A stretch of 64,000 nt of DNA, taken from positions 12,924-76,923 of the forward strand of contig CAWIBC010000009.1 of NCBI GenBank assembly GCA_963834255.1. Reading direction: 5' to 3'. The notes under the pieces are model-generated. The model searched no databases. It had not been told where the DNA came from and saw only the letters and a program-made list of their open reading frames with translations. This document shows positions 1 through 9,640 of this stretch, piece after piece. Positions within the stretch are counted from its first letter, which is position 1; the number at the start of each line of letters is the position of its first letter. The position numbers and the translations under genes are program-made. This DNA comes from an uncultured Verrucomicrobiae bacterium (GTDB lineage Bacteria > Verrucomicrobiota > Verrucomicrobiia > Chthoniobacterales > UBA10450).

Positions 1-626
1 GAGCGCGCGATATTTTCCTCAAGCAGCCGGGCGCGAAAGAGGAAGACCTTGTCGTCCTGATGGAGATGACGCTGGAAAACCTGCTCGCGGAGGGCCAGCT
101 CAACCACGCCGATTTTCTCGCCCGGGTGGATATCCTCGGGTCGTTAGGCCGGACGGTTTTGATCTCGAAGTTTGGCGAATATTACCGCCTCGCGAGCTAC
201 CTCTCGCGCTACACCAACCGGATGGTCGCGCTCGTCATGGGCGTACCCAGCCTGCACGAGATCTTCGACGAAAAGTATTATCTCAACCTCGAGGGCGGCA
301 TCCTCGAAGCGCTCGGTCGGATGTTCAAAAGCGGGCTCAAGCTTTTCGTCTACCCGATGGAAGATGAAGCAACCGGCGATCTGCTGAGCGCGACCCAGCT
401 CGAGGTCGCCCCCAACCTGCATCATCTCTACCAATACCTGATCGAGAACGGCTTCATCCAGGAGATCACCCAGTTCCATCGCGAGTATTTGCAAATCTTT
501 CCGCCGGAAGTGCTGGCGAAAATTTGCACGGGCGACCCGAGCTGGGAAAGAATGGTGCCGCGGGAAGTCTCGGAGATGATCAAAGCACGCGGCTATTTCG
601 GTTATCGGCCTTCGGTCGCCGCCTAA
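1..626 (+). CDS. conserved hypothetical protein, 5'-partial (frame open to the window edge)
   Basis: ORF 60..626 has no in-frame stop back to nt 3 (ARDIFLKQPGAKEEDLVVLMEM...). Composition is coding-like. No family recognised. Confidence 0.5.
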   Translation, partial: ARDIFLKQPGAKEEDLVVLMEMTLENLLAEGQLNHADFLARVDILGSLGRTVLISKFGEYYRLASYLSRYTNRMVALVMGVPSLHEIFDEKYYLNLEGGILEALGRMFKSGLKLFVYPMEDEATGDLLSATQLEVAPNLHHLYQYLIENGFIQEITQFHREYLQIFPPEVLAKICTGDPSWERMVPREVSEMIKARGYFGYRPSVAA

Positions 627-685
627 AGAGCAGATGGGCGGGAAATTTTCGAGAAGCCCGGCGTCCTCGGCACGGTTTTCGCTTT

Positions 686-1759
686 ATGAAGCGCAAGACC
701 ATGGCCAAGTCCTCCAATTCAGTTGTCGGCATCGACCTCGGCAAGCACGTTTTCAAGAGCGTCCTGCTACAACGCAAAGGCGATGACCGCTATGTCCTGA
801 CAAATTACGCCTCGCATCCTGTCCCGGACACGATCACCACGGCCGACGAACTCGCGCAGCAGGTCAAACTCCTGCTCAAGGAGATGGGAGGCAGCGCCCG
901 GAGTTGTGCCGTCGCGGCCTCCGATTCCAGTGCGCTCCTGCGCATTATCGAACAGCCGAACACGCCGGTGGAATTGCTTCGCAGCGCGCTCCGCCTCAAC
1001 GGCCTCGCCGTCCTCAACCAGGAATGCAAAGATTTTGTCCTCGATTGCGCGCCGGTCTCCGCGGTCGCTCTCGCCGGCGTGGCCCCGAATGGCGCCGCCA
1101 TCGAAGGCTCGTCGGGCAAGACGCGCTATCTCGTGGGCGGGATGTTGCGCCCGGCGGTGAAACAAATCTCCGAGGCGATGAGCAAGACGAAAACGCCGGC
1201 CAACATCCTCCAGCTCGCGCCCATCTGCTCCTTTAACGCTTTCGAATTCGCCTACCCGGAAGTCTTCGCCAACGAAGCCTTTCTTCTTCTCGACATGGGC
1301 CACGAGCAAAGCACCGTCCTGATCGGGAACAAAACCGAGCTCATGCTGGTACGGAGCGTCGAGTACGGGGGCAAACAATTCAGCGAAGCCCTGACCGCCG
1401 ACGGCGCGGTCAATGCCGAATCCGCCCGCCTGCTCATGCAACAGGGCGACGCCGGCATGGCGGACGCCTGCCGCAGCTCACTTCTCACCCTCGCCACGGA
1501 AGTGCGGAACTCGATCGGGTTCTTCGAAGGCCAGTGCGAGGAAAGCATTCACCGCATCTTTGTTTCCGGCGGGATGGCCCGGACGGAAATGATTTTGCAA
1601 ATCCTAAGCGATGAACTGGGCCTGCCCTGCGAGATTTGGGACCCGCTCGAAACCTGCGAAGTGGCCCTGCCCCCGGCCAAGCGCCAGGCCCTCGCGAGCG
1701 AGTTTGTTTCCCTCAATGTCGCGTGCGGCGCAGCCATCTCCTACCTGAAGTCCGCCTAA
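686..1759 (+). CDS. pilM: type IV pilus assembly protein PilM (actin-like ATPase fold)
   Basis: Motifs VGIDLGKH, LLLDMGHEQSTVLI and IFVSGGMARTE. PilN/O-like genes follow directly. ATG 686 chosen inside ORF 524..1759. Confidence 0.8.
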   Translation: MKRKTMAKSSNSVVGIDLGKHVFKSVLLQRKGDDRYVLTNYASHPVPDTITTADELAQQVKLLLKEMGGSARSCAVAASDSSALLRIIEQPNTPVELLRSALRLNGLAVLNQECKDFVLDCAPVSAVALAGVAPNGAAIEGSSGKTRYLVGGMLRPAVKQISEAMSKTKTPANILQLAPICSFNAFEFAYPEVFANEAFLLLDMGHEQSTVLIGNKTELMLVRSVEYGGKQFSEALTADGAVNAESARLLMQQGDAGMADACRSSLLTLATEVRNSIGFFEGQCEESIHRIFVSGGMARTEMILQILSDELGLPCEIWDPLETCEVALPPAKRQALASEFVSLNVACGAAISYLKSA

Positions 1760-1762
1760 AAG

Positions 1763-2419
1763 ATGGCTCTCCAACTCAATCTTCTCCACGAGGAAATCAG
1801 CGAAAAGCGGCAGCGCAAACGCGACCCGCTCAAACTCGGCATCATGGCCCTGAGCGCGTCCGGCCTCCTCCTCTTCCTCTACTACGGCTGGAACGCCTAC
1901 CAGACGATCCAGATCCGCAGCCAGCTCAACGCCGCCCAGGGCGAATGGCAAAAGGTCGAGCCCAAAGTCACCGCCGCGCAGAAGCGGGCGAACGAACTCC
2001 GCCAGATCATTGACAGCACCAAGGTGCTCGACAGCCTGATCGAAAAGCGCTTCTACTGGGCGCCTTTCCTGGCCCAGGTCGCGCACTGCGTCGCGCCCAA
2101 TCTCCAGGTCACCGGTCTCGACGGCAGCGTCGTGGAAGGCGATGGCTCGATCGCGGTCACCCTCGAAGGCCTCGCCGCCGCCCGCGAACCGCGGGCCGCC
2201 GCCGAAGATTTCCGCCAGCTCCTGACCGAGCAGCTCGAGAAAAATTATGGCGGGGTCAAGGTCACCTTCCGCAACCTCGAGGACCTCGACACGATGGTGA
2301 ACCTGAGCGGGGTCCCGACCCCGAGCGCCCGCTTCGTCCTCAACGTCACGCTTGATCCCGCCGCCACCGACGCGTCCAAGGCAGAAGATCCCACCAAAGC
2401 GATCGCAACCACGAAATGA
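1763..2419 (+). CDS. pilN: PilN-like pilus assembly protein (single N-terminal TM helix plus coiled coil)
   Basis: LNLLHEE start, TM helix LGIMALSASGLLLFLYY, coiled-coil region. Position is immediately after pilM. Confidence 0.6.
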   Translation: MALQLNLLHEEISEKRQRKRDPLKLGIMALSASGLLLFLYYGWNAYQTIQIRSQLNAAQGEWQKVEPKVTAAQKRANELRQIIDSTKVLDSLIEKRFYWAPFLAQVAHCVAPNLQVTGLDGSVVEGDGSIAVTLEGLAAAREPRAAAEDFRQLLTEQLEKNYGGVKVTFRNLEDLDTMVNLSGVPTPSARFVLNVTLDPAATDASKAEDPTKAIATTK

Positions 2420-2985
2420 AGCCGAAAAAATTCAACAAAGATCAGATCCAAAAGATCGTCCTGAGCGTGCTCGGGTTTATCGGGCTGATTTATTGCTACT
2501 TCACCTTCTTCCTCGGACCGCTCGAAAAGAGCCGGAGCTCGATGTCCGCCACCATCGCGGAAGTGCAGGCCAAGACGGCCAACTCCAAGACGGAGATGAA
2601 GAAAACCGCCAATCTCGAAATGCAGGCCAAGGAAGCGACCGGCCGTTACGAGGCGCTCAAGGCCACGACCGCCGACGGCGCTCCCATCGCCTGGTTTCCG
2701 CCGAAAATGCGCACCTTCTTTGCCGAACAAGGGATCGACAAAGTCACCGCGCGACTCGAATCGAGCACCGATTTCAAGCAGCCGGAGCTGGCCGATTGGA
2801 TCAAGAACAACTGGGCCATCGAGCTTCCGCAAAGTGAATACAGCGCCCTCGGCAAGGCGATTGCGCAGCTCGAAAACACCGAGCCGCTGCTCGCCATCAA
2901 CCACGTCGTGATTCACGCCGTGCCGGAAGAACCGCAGTACCAACAAGTCAGCCTCATGGCGCAAACCGCGCTCTTTAAGAAATGA
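2416..2985 (+). CDS. pilO: PilO-like pilus assembly protein
   Basis: Overlapping ATGA start with the upstream gene. N-terminal TM helix VLSVLGFIGLIYCYFTFFL followed by coiled coil. Call rests on operon position. Confidence 0.5.
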   Translation: MKPKKFNKDQIQKIVLSVLGFIGLIYCYFTFFLGPLEKSRSSMSATIAEVQAKTANSKTEMKKTANLEMQAKEATGRYEALKATTADGAPIAWFPPKMRTFFAEQGIDKVTARLESSTDFKQPELADWIKNNWAIELPQSEYSALGKAIAQLENTEPLLAINHVVIHAVPEEPQYQQVSLMAQTALFKK

Positions 2986-3416
2986 AAAAGCTTTTCCCGG
3001 CCCTTTGCCTAACGAGTCTGCTGTTGCTCAGCGCCGCCCGGGCCGAGAACGCCCCGCCCGTGGCGCCGGCGGCGCCCGCGCTCTCGAAGATCGAGCTCAA
3101 GCACAAATCGACCTTTGATGCCGCCGAGGCGCGCGATCCCTTCTGGCCGATCGGCTGGAAAAAGCCGGGACCGAAAAGCTCCTCGCCGAGCGCCGGTCCC
3201 GACCTCTCGCCCGCCTCCTTTTCCCTGACCTCGGTCACGATGGGCGCCGGCACGCATTTCGCCATCCTCAACGGCAAGATCATGCAGGAAGGCCAGCAGT
3301 TCGGCCTCCAATTCGGCAACCAGATTTACCAGGTCACGCTCCGCGCCATCGAAGACGGCCAGGTCGTCCTCGTCTACCAGGACGGCGAGATCATCGTCCC
3401 GCTGCGCCGGAAGTAA
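2982..3416 (+). CDS. secreted PilP-like protein
   Basis: Signal peptide MKKLFPALCLTSLLLLSAARA. C-terminal beta-rich GKIMQEGQQF...VTLRAIEDGQVVLV resembles PilP. Last gene of the pilMNO cluster. Confidence 0.4.
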   Translation: MKKLFPALCLTSLLLLSAARAENAPPVAPAAPALSKIELKHKSTFDAAEARDPFWPIGWKKPGPKSSSPSAGPDLSPASFSLTSVTMGAGTHFAILNGKIMQEGQQFGLQFGNQIYQVTLRAIEDGQVVLVYQDGEIIVPLRRK

Positions 3417-3425
3417 CGTCGCCAC

Positions 3426-4391
3426 TCAAAGGCGATAGAACACGCGATAACCGCGCGCGTTTTCCTCGAGCTTCTGGCGCAACGCTTTCTGCGGGTCGCG
3501 CACCGCCCCGCCGCCCAGGACCAGGGCCAACGCAGAGCCGCACCATCCCGACGAAATCGTCGATCGCGACAAACTCGGCGTCGATGGTGCCGTCCGGCGT
3601 GACGTTGTGATAATTCCCCAGCGCAACGCTCGCCGCCGCGCAGGTATAGCCGTAAAGCTGATAGGCCGTCGCTTCGCAGGTCCCGCCGTCGAGCAGGCAG
3701 CGTTGCACCGGAATTTTCTCCGCCGCCGCCGCCGCCAGCAGCCGCGCCGTCGCCGGTCCGTCGAAAGATCGAGGCCTTGTCCCCTACCCGCACGATCGGT
3801 CCCTTGCCGATCTCCGCCGTCCCGCGCGGTGTGCTCGTCTCGAGCGACAGAATCGTCAGGCTGCGCGGCAGAATCTCTGCCTTCGCCAGCTTGATCGCGC
3901 CGACGAAACCGACTTCCTCCGCCCGGGTGAAAAGCCCGACGCAATGCGACATTCGCGTCGCGCTCTTCCAGCTCGCGGAAGACGCAGATGATTTCCGCGC
4001 AACCGATAAGGTCGTCGCAGGCGCGGGAATGAATCTGCCCGTCGCGAATCTCGCACGGCGGCAGATCCCACATCTCGAAATCGCCAAACGCTTTCTTCTT
4101 CGGGTCGCTCCGGAAACGGGCCGCGACCGAACCGAGAAATTTCATCTCGCCCTCATCGCCCCGAACCCAGCCGGGATGATCCATGTGCGCCGCCAGGCCC
4201 CACTCCGCGGCCTTTTTCCGGCCACGCTGATAATGCGCCACGACATTTCCAAAGGCGTCGCGGGCAAATTTTACATGCGGCATTTCCCGTAGCTGCGCTT
4301 CGATCTCGTCCCGGACCGCGTCTTCGTGAAAAGGAGCCGTCGGCTGCGCCATCAGCGCTTTCACGACCGCGAGCATTTCCTTTTTGCGCAT
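3426..4391 (-). pseudogene. M42/M20-type aminopeptidase (endoglucanase-like) gene, interrupted by about 3 frame changes
   Basis: The protein-like sequence jumps between three minus-strand frames. Frame A covers 4391 to about 3948 (...HMDHPGW...CVFRELEERDANV). Frame B covers about 3946-3764 (HCVGLFTRAEEVGFVGAIKL...GDKASIF). Frame C covers about 3762-3535 (DGPATARLLAAAAAEKIPVQRCLLDGGTCEA...FVGMVRLC). Frame A then resumes to 3426 (ALVLGGGAVRDPQKALRQKLEE...). Confidence 0.6.
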
Positions 4392-4396
4392 CTTGC

Positions 4397-6436
4397 CTAA
4401 CGATTTCCAACCCGGACCCGGGCCAGGGGAACGAATTCGCTCTCATGCAGCACGACCGGTTTCGTCCCGCGCAGGAGCTTCCACCATTGCCAGGCGCAAC
4501 CGGTCACGATCGCGAGCACGAGGACGAGAAAGGTCAGGGCCACGAGCGCGTCGATCCGCCAGATGAGCGCCTGGCGCGCAAAATCGACGTTGGTGGCCGC
4601 GGCCGCGATCCCCGCTTCCAGCTTGTCCGCCCCGCTCAGGAAGCCGATCCGCGGATCGGGCGAAAAAATCTTCAGCAAACCCGACCAAAACGTTACCACC
4701 ACCATGAAGACGAGCGGAAGCAGCGTCGTCCAGAGGTAGCGCGCCTTGCCCATTTTGATCAGGATCGTGGTGCCGAGACAGAGGGCGATGACGGAGAGCA
4801 GCTGATTCGCCAAACCGAAGAGCGGCCAGAGGCTGTTGATCCCGCCTAACGGATCGAGCACGCCCTGGTAGAGAAACCAGCCCCAGGCGCTGACGAGCAA
4901 CGCGCTCGCGAGAAGATTGGCGCCGACCGACTGGGTATTGCCGAGCGGTCGCCAGACATTGCCCAATAAATCCTGGAGGAGAAACCGCCCGACGCGCGTC
5001 CCGGCATCGAGCGTGGTGAGGATGAAGAGCGCCTCAAACATGATCGCGAAATGGTACCAGAGCGCGAGCGCTGTCGGGCTGGAGGTGACACGGGCAAAGA
5101 TGTGCGCCATCCCGACCGCGAAGGTCGGCGCGCCGCCCGCCCGGCCAAACATCGTGTCCTCGCCCAGGTCGTGCGCGAGTTGCTTCATCTCGCCTTCGGT
5201 CACCGGAAACCCGGCCGCCGAAACCTTGGCCACCACTTCAGAGGGCGTGCCTTTGGCGTTGATCGCGAGGTATTGTCCGGTCGGCAGGGCGCAGGCCGCG
5301 ACCAGCGCCATCAACGCCACCACCATCTCAGTGATCATCGCGCCGTAGCCGATGTCGCGAATTCGCGTTTCGCTTTCCAGCATCTTCGGCGTCGTCCCGG
5401 AAGCGATCAGGGAATGAAATCCGGAGACCGCCCCGCAGGCGATGGTGATGCAGACAAAAGGAAAAACCGGCCCGGCAAAAACCAGCCCGCTCCCGTCGAC
5501 GAAGGGCGTGATCGCCGGCATTTGCAGCGTCGGATGGATCACGATCACCGCGACGGCGAGCGCGGCGACGGTGCCGAGTTTTAGAAATGTGCTCAGGTAA
5601 TCGCGCGGAGTCAGGAGCAGCCAGACCGGCAGGGTCGAGGCGGCGAAGCCGTAAATAATCAGCGCCCAGGCGAGCCATTTCTGGTCGTGCCGGAACCAGC
5701 TTTCGATCGCCGGATAATTCCCCAGAAATTGTCCGCCCCAGACGGAGAGGATGAGGCCGAGAACGCCAAAAGCCGTGACCCAGCCGACGCTGACTCGCCC
5801 GCCGCGCAAGCCGAGTCCCATGATGACGGCGAGCGGGATCGTCATCGCGATGGTGAAAACGCCCCACGGGCTTTTCGCCAGCGCCTGCACCACGACGAGC
5901 GCGAGGACGGCGATCAGCACGATCATGATGGCGAGGACGCTGATGAGCGCGAGCGCGCCGACGACGGGTCCGATTTCCTCTTTCACCATCTGGCCTAACG
6001 TCTTGCCCCGCCGCCGCACGGACGCGAAGAGCACGATCATGTCGTGGACGCCGCCGCCTAACGTGGCCCCGACCAGGATCCAGAGCATGCCCGGGAGATA
6101 ACCGAACTGCGCCGCGAGCACCGGCCCGACCAGCGGCCCGGGCCCGGCGATGGCGGCGAAATGATGGCCGAACGCCATCCAACGACTGGTCGGGACGAAG
6201 TCCTTGCCGTCGTTGACGACGAGCGCGGGCGTGGCGCGTTCGTCGTTCAGGACGAGCACTTTTGCGGCGAGCCACTTGCTGTAAAAGCGATAACTGATCG
6301 CGGCCGTACACAAGCCCGCGGTCACGATCCAGAGGGCGTTGATCGGTTCGCCGCGGGCGAATGCCGCCACCCCCACCGCCGTCGCCCCGAGGAGGGCGAT
6401 GCCAAGCCAAAAAAGGATTTTAAGGACCCGGATCAT
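4397..6436 (-). CDS. cstA: carbon starvation protein A (peptide/pyruvate transporter)
   Basis: 679 aa, many TM helices. CstA N-terminus ...ISYRFYSKWLAAKVL...FGHHFAAIAGPGPLVGPVLAAQFGYLPG. Confidence 0.9.
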   Translation of the reverse strand: MIRVLKILFWLGIALLGATAVGVAAFARGEPINALWIVTAGLCTAAISYRFYSKWLAAKVLVLNDERATPALVVNDGKDFVPTSRWMAFGHHFAAIAGPGPLVGPVLAAQFGYLPGMLWILVGATLGGGVHDMIVLFASVRRRGKTLGQMVKEEIGPVVGALALISVLAIMIVLIAVLALVVVQALAKSPWGVFTIAMTIPLAVIMGLGLRGGRVSVGWVTAFGVLGLILSVWGGQFLGNYPAIESWFRHDQKWLAWALIIYGFAASTLPVWLLLTPRDYLSTFLKLGTVAALAVAVIVIHPTLQMPAITPFVDGSGLVFAGPVFPFVCITIACGAVSGFHSLIASGTTPKMLESETRIRDIGYGAMITEMVVALMALVAACALPTGQYLAINAKGTPSEVVAKVSAAGFPVTEGEMKQLAHDLGEDTMFGRAGGAPTFAVGMAHIFARVTSSPTALALWYHFAIMFEALFILTTLDAGTRVGRFLLQDLLGNVWRPLGNTQSVGANLLASALLVSAWGWFLYQGVLDPLGGINSLWPLFGLANQLLSVIALCLGTTILIKMGKARYLWTTLLPLVFMVVVTFWSGLLKIFSPDPRIGFLSGADKLEAGIAAAATNVDFARQALIWRIDALVALTFLVLVLAIVTGCAWQWWKLLRGTKPVVLHESEFVPLARVRVGNR

Positions 6437-6488
6437 TTGCAGGCGAGCGACTATAGCGCGGGCTGCAATCCATCGGCAAACCGCGCCC

Positions 6489-9148
6489 TCAGCCTAACGA
6501 CTCCACCATCCGCTGGAGCTGTTCCAGCTGCTCCGCGAAATCCTTTTCCCGTTGCCGGTGCTCGGCCACGACCGCGGCCGGGGCGTTCGCGACGAAATTT
6601 TCGTTCGCCAGTTTCTTCCGCACCGTGACCAGCTCGGCCTCGGTTTTCGCGATCTCTTTCCCGATCCGCAGCCGTTCCGCCTCGAGATCGATCAAGCCCT
6701 CGAGCGGGAGGTAAAGTTCGCCCAGCGGCGTGAGCGCGGTCGGCGTTCCCTTGGGCGGAGCGTAACTCTGCGGCAGATCGAGCCGATCCGCGTTGAGCAG
6801 GATGCGCAGGACGGCCGCTTCTTCCTCCGGCAACGGACTCGACGGCCGGAGGACAAAAGCGACGCGCTTGTTCGAGGCGATGTTGAAATCGCGCCGCAAA
6901 CGACGGCCGGCGATGACGGTCTCGTATTTCGCGTTCGCGATCTGCTCGTCGTTAGGCGTGAGCCCGTAGTGTTTCCTGAATTCCTCGTCCAGCGGCTGCG
7001 GCCAGTGCGCGAACTGGATCGTCTTCGCGCCCTGCTCTGCGGGCAGATCGACGTTGAATCCCAGCCCATGCCAGAGCTCCTCCGTGATGAAGGGCATGAA
7101 CGGATGAAAGAGGCGCAGGGTGTGGCCGAGGATGAAATCGATCACCGCGAGCGTGTTTGCCTTGCGCGGGCTGGGCGGTTCCGCGTCGGCAAACCCAAGC
7201 GCGGCCTTGCTCGCTTCCAGATACCAGTCGCAGAATTCGCTCCAGAAAAAGCGGTAAAGCGCCTGCGCCGCTTCGCTGAAATTGTATTCCTCGAGCGCCT
7301 GCGTGACCGCGCGGATGGCGTGGTCGAGCCGGAGCAGGATCCATTTGTCATCGCTCGTGAGGAGCGCGGGATTGATTTCGCCCTCGGTCTCGCCGCCGTG
7401 CATTTGGCGAAAGCGGGTCGCGTTCCAAAGCTTGTTCGCGAAGTTGCGCCCTTCCTCGATTTGCTTCTCGTCGTAGCGAATATCCTGCCCGCTCGGCGCG
7501 ATCCGCATCAGGCCGAAGCGCACGCCGTCGGCGCCATATTTCCCGATCAGGTCGAGCGGATCGGGCGAATTGCCTAACGACTTGCTCATCTTTCGCCCCT
7601 GTCCGTCGCGGATCAGGCCGGTGAAGAAGACGTTGCTGAACGGCAGCCTGCCCGGTGTACTCGAGCCCGGCCATGATCATGCGCGCGACCCAGAAAAAGA
7701 TGATGTCGGGCGCGGTCACGAGATCGGTCGTCGGATAAAATTTCGCGCGGGTGGCGTCGTCCATCGTCTCGAAAGGCCAGAGCCAGCTCGAGAACCAGGT
7801 GTCGAGCACATCGGGGTCCTGCGTCCAATTCTCCGGATCCGCCGGCGGCTCGACGTCGACATGCAGCTTCGCCGGGTCGTCGTTGGCATACCAAACCGGG
7901 ATGCGATGGCCCCACCAAAGCTGGCGGCTGATGCACCAGTCCTGGATGTTCTCGAGCCAGTGCTGGTAGACGTTTTCCCAGCGCTCCGGCCGGAAATGAA
8001 TCGCCGCCTGCGGACCGACCGCGGCCCGCGACTCCTCGACCCGCGGATATTTCAAAAACCATTGCTCGCTCAGGCGCGGCTCGATTGGAACGCCCGCGCG
8101 CTCGCTGAAACCGACCGTGCTCTCGTGCGGCTCTTCCTTTGCCAGCAATCCGCTTTCGGCCAGCATCTCCGCCGCCTTTTTGCGCGCGACGAAGCGATCG
8201 AGTCCGTCGAGCTCGGGAACGTTAGGGCAATTGATCGTGCCATTCGGATGCAAAACATCGATCACTGGCAGGCCGTGGCGCTGCCCGATCTCGAAATCCA
8301 CCTTGTCGTGCGCCGGGGTCACTTTCAGGACGCCGGTGCCGAACGCCGGATCGATCCCCTCGTCGCCGACCACCGGCAATTCCGCGCGATCGAGCGGGCG
8401 CCAGACCTTTTTGCCTAACGACGCCCGATAGCGCTCGTCCTGCGGATGCACCGCGAGCGCGACGTCGGCCATGATCGTTTCCGGCCGGGTGGTCGCGACC
8501 TCGATGAATTTCCCCGGCTCCTCCACCAGCTCGTAGCGGACGTAAAAGAGAGAAGATTTCTGCGGGGTCGGGATCACTTCCTCGTCTGAGAGCGCGGTGA
8601 GCGCGACCGGGTCCCAGTTCACCATCCGTCTTCCCGCGGTAGATCAGGCCCTTCTGGTGCAGATCGACGAAGGTGCGCTGCACGGCGCGGGAATAATCGT
8701 CGTCCATGGTGAAGCGTTCGCGCGACCAGTCGCAGGAACAGCCGAGGCGCTTCAGTTGCTCGATGATGATGCCGCCGTGCTTTTCCTTCCATTGCCAGAT
8801 GCGCCTAACGAATTCCTCGCGCCCGAGATCGTGCCGGGTTTTCTTTTCCTCCTTGCGCAACTGGCGTTCCACCACCGTCTGGGTCGCGATCCCGGCGTGA
8901 TCCGTGCCCGGCAGCCAGAGCACTTCCCGGCCGAGCATGCGGGCGCGCCGGGCGAGGATGTCCTGGATGGTGTTGTTCAGGACGTGGCCGAGGGTGAGGA
9001 CGCCGGTCACATTCGGCGGCGGGATGACGATGGAGTAGGCCGGCTTGGGCGAAGCCGGATCGGCCGCAAAACAGCCGTCCGCCAGCCAGCGGGCGTACCA
9101 TTTCGCCTCCACCGCCTGCGGTTCGTATGCTTTGGACAGTTCCGTCAT
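6489..9148 (-). pseudogene. valS: valine--tRNA ligase, reading frame broken twice in this sequence
   Basis: N-terminal frame (from ATG 9148) carries PPPNVTGVLTLGHVLN (HIGH region) and ends sensibly at ...LIYRGK. The middle frame resumes at RMVNWDPVALTALSDEEV through ...FFWVARMIMAGLEYTGQ. The third frame carries LPFSNVFFTGLIRDGQGRKMSKSLGN plus the coiled-coil C-terminus. Junctions are near 8629 and 7645-7651. Confidence 0.85.
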
Positions 9149-9224
9149 TGGGGAGCAATCATCGAAGAGGGCGTGGCGATTGCAAAACGAAAACCTCCGG
9201 GAGGCGTGTGCTAAACTTGGGGTG

Positions 9225-9587
9225 ATGGAAAAGGTCAATCTGGAGGAAAAGTTCGCCGCCTTCACCGAGCATTGGCGGCCGAAGATCGTCGGCGAACTGA
9301 ACGGCCAGGAAGTGAAAGTGGTGAAGTTCCAGGGCGTTTTCCCCTGGCATCAGCATGCGCAGGAGGACGAGCTCTTCCTCGTCTGGCGCGGCCGGATGCG
9401 GATCGAATTCCGCGACCGGATCGTCGAACTGAACGCAGGCGAGTGCCTTGTCGTACCGCACGGGGTCGAGCACCGGACCGCGGCGGACGAGGAAGCGGAA
9501 GTCGTTCTTTTCGAACCCGCCGCGACTCGCAACACCGGCGACGCGCCGGAGTCGGAGTTCACCGCGCCGGAAGGGGTGCGGCTTTAG
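9225..9587 (+). CDS. cupin domain protein
   Basis: ATG 9225 within ORF 9045..9587. Cupin motifs WHQHAQEDELFLVWRG and GECLVVPHGVEH. Confidence 0.7.
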   Translation: MEKVNLEEKFAAFTEHWRPKIVGELNGQEVKVVKFQGVFPWHQHAQEDELFLVWRGRMRIEFRDRIVELNAGECLVVPHGVEHRTAADEEAEVVLFEPAATRNTGDAPESEFTAPEGVRL

Positions 9588-9640
9588 GTGCAACGATCGC
9601 TGACTTGCGCAGTCCGAGCCGCGCCTTCAACTTGCCGCCC

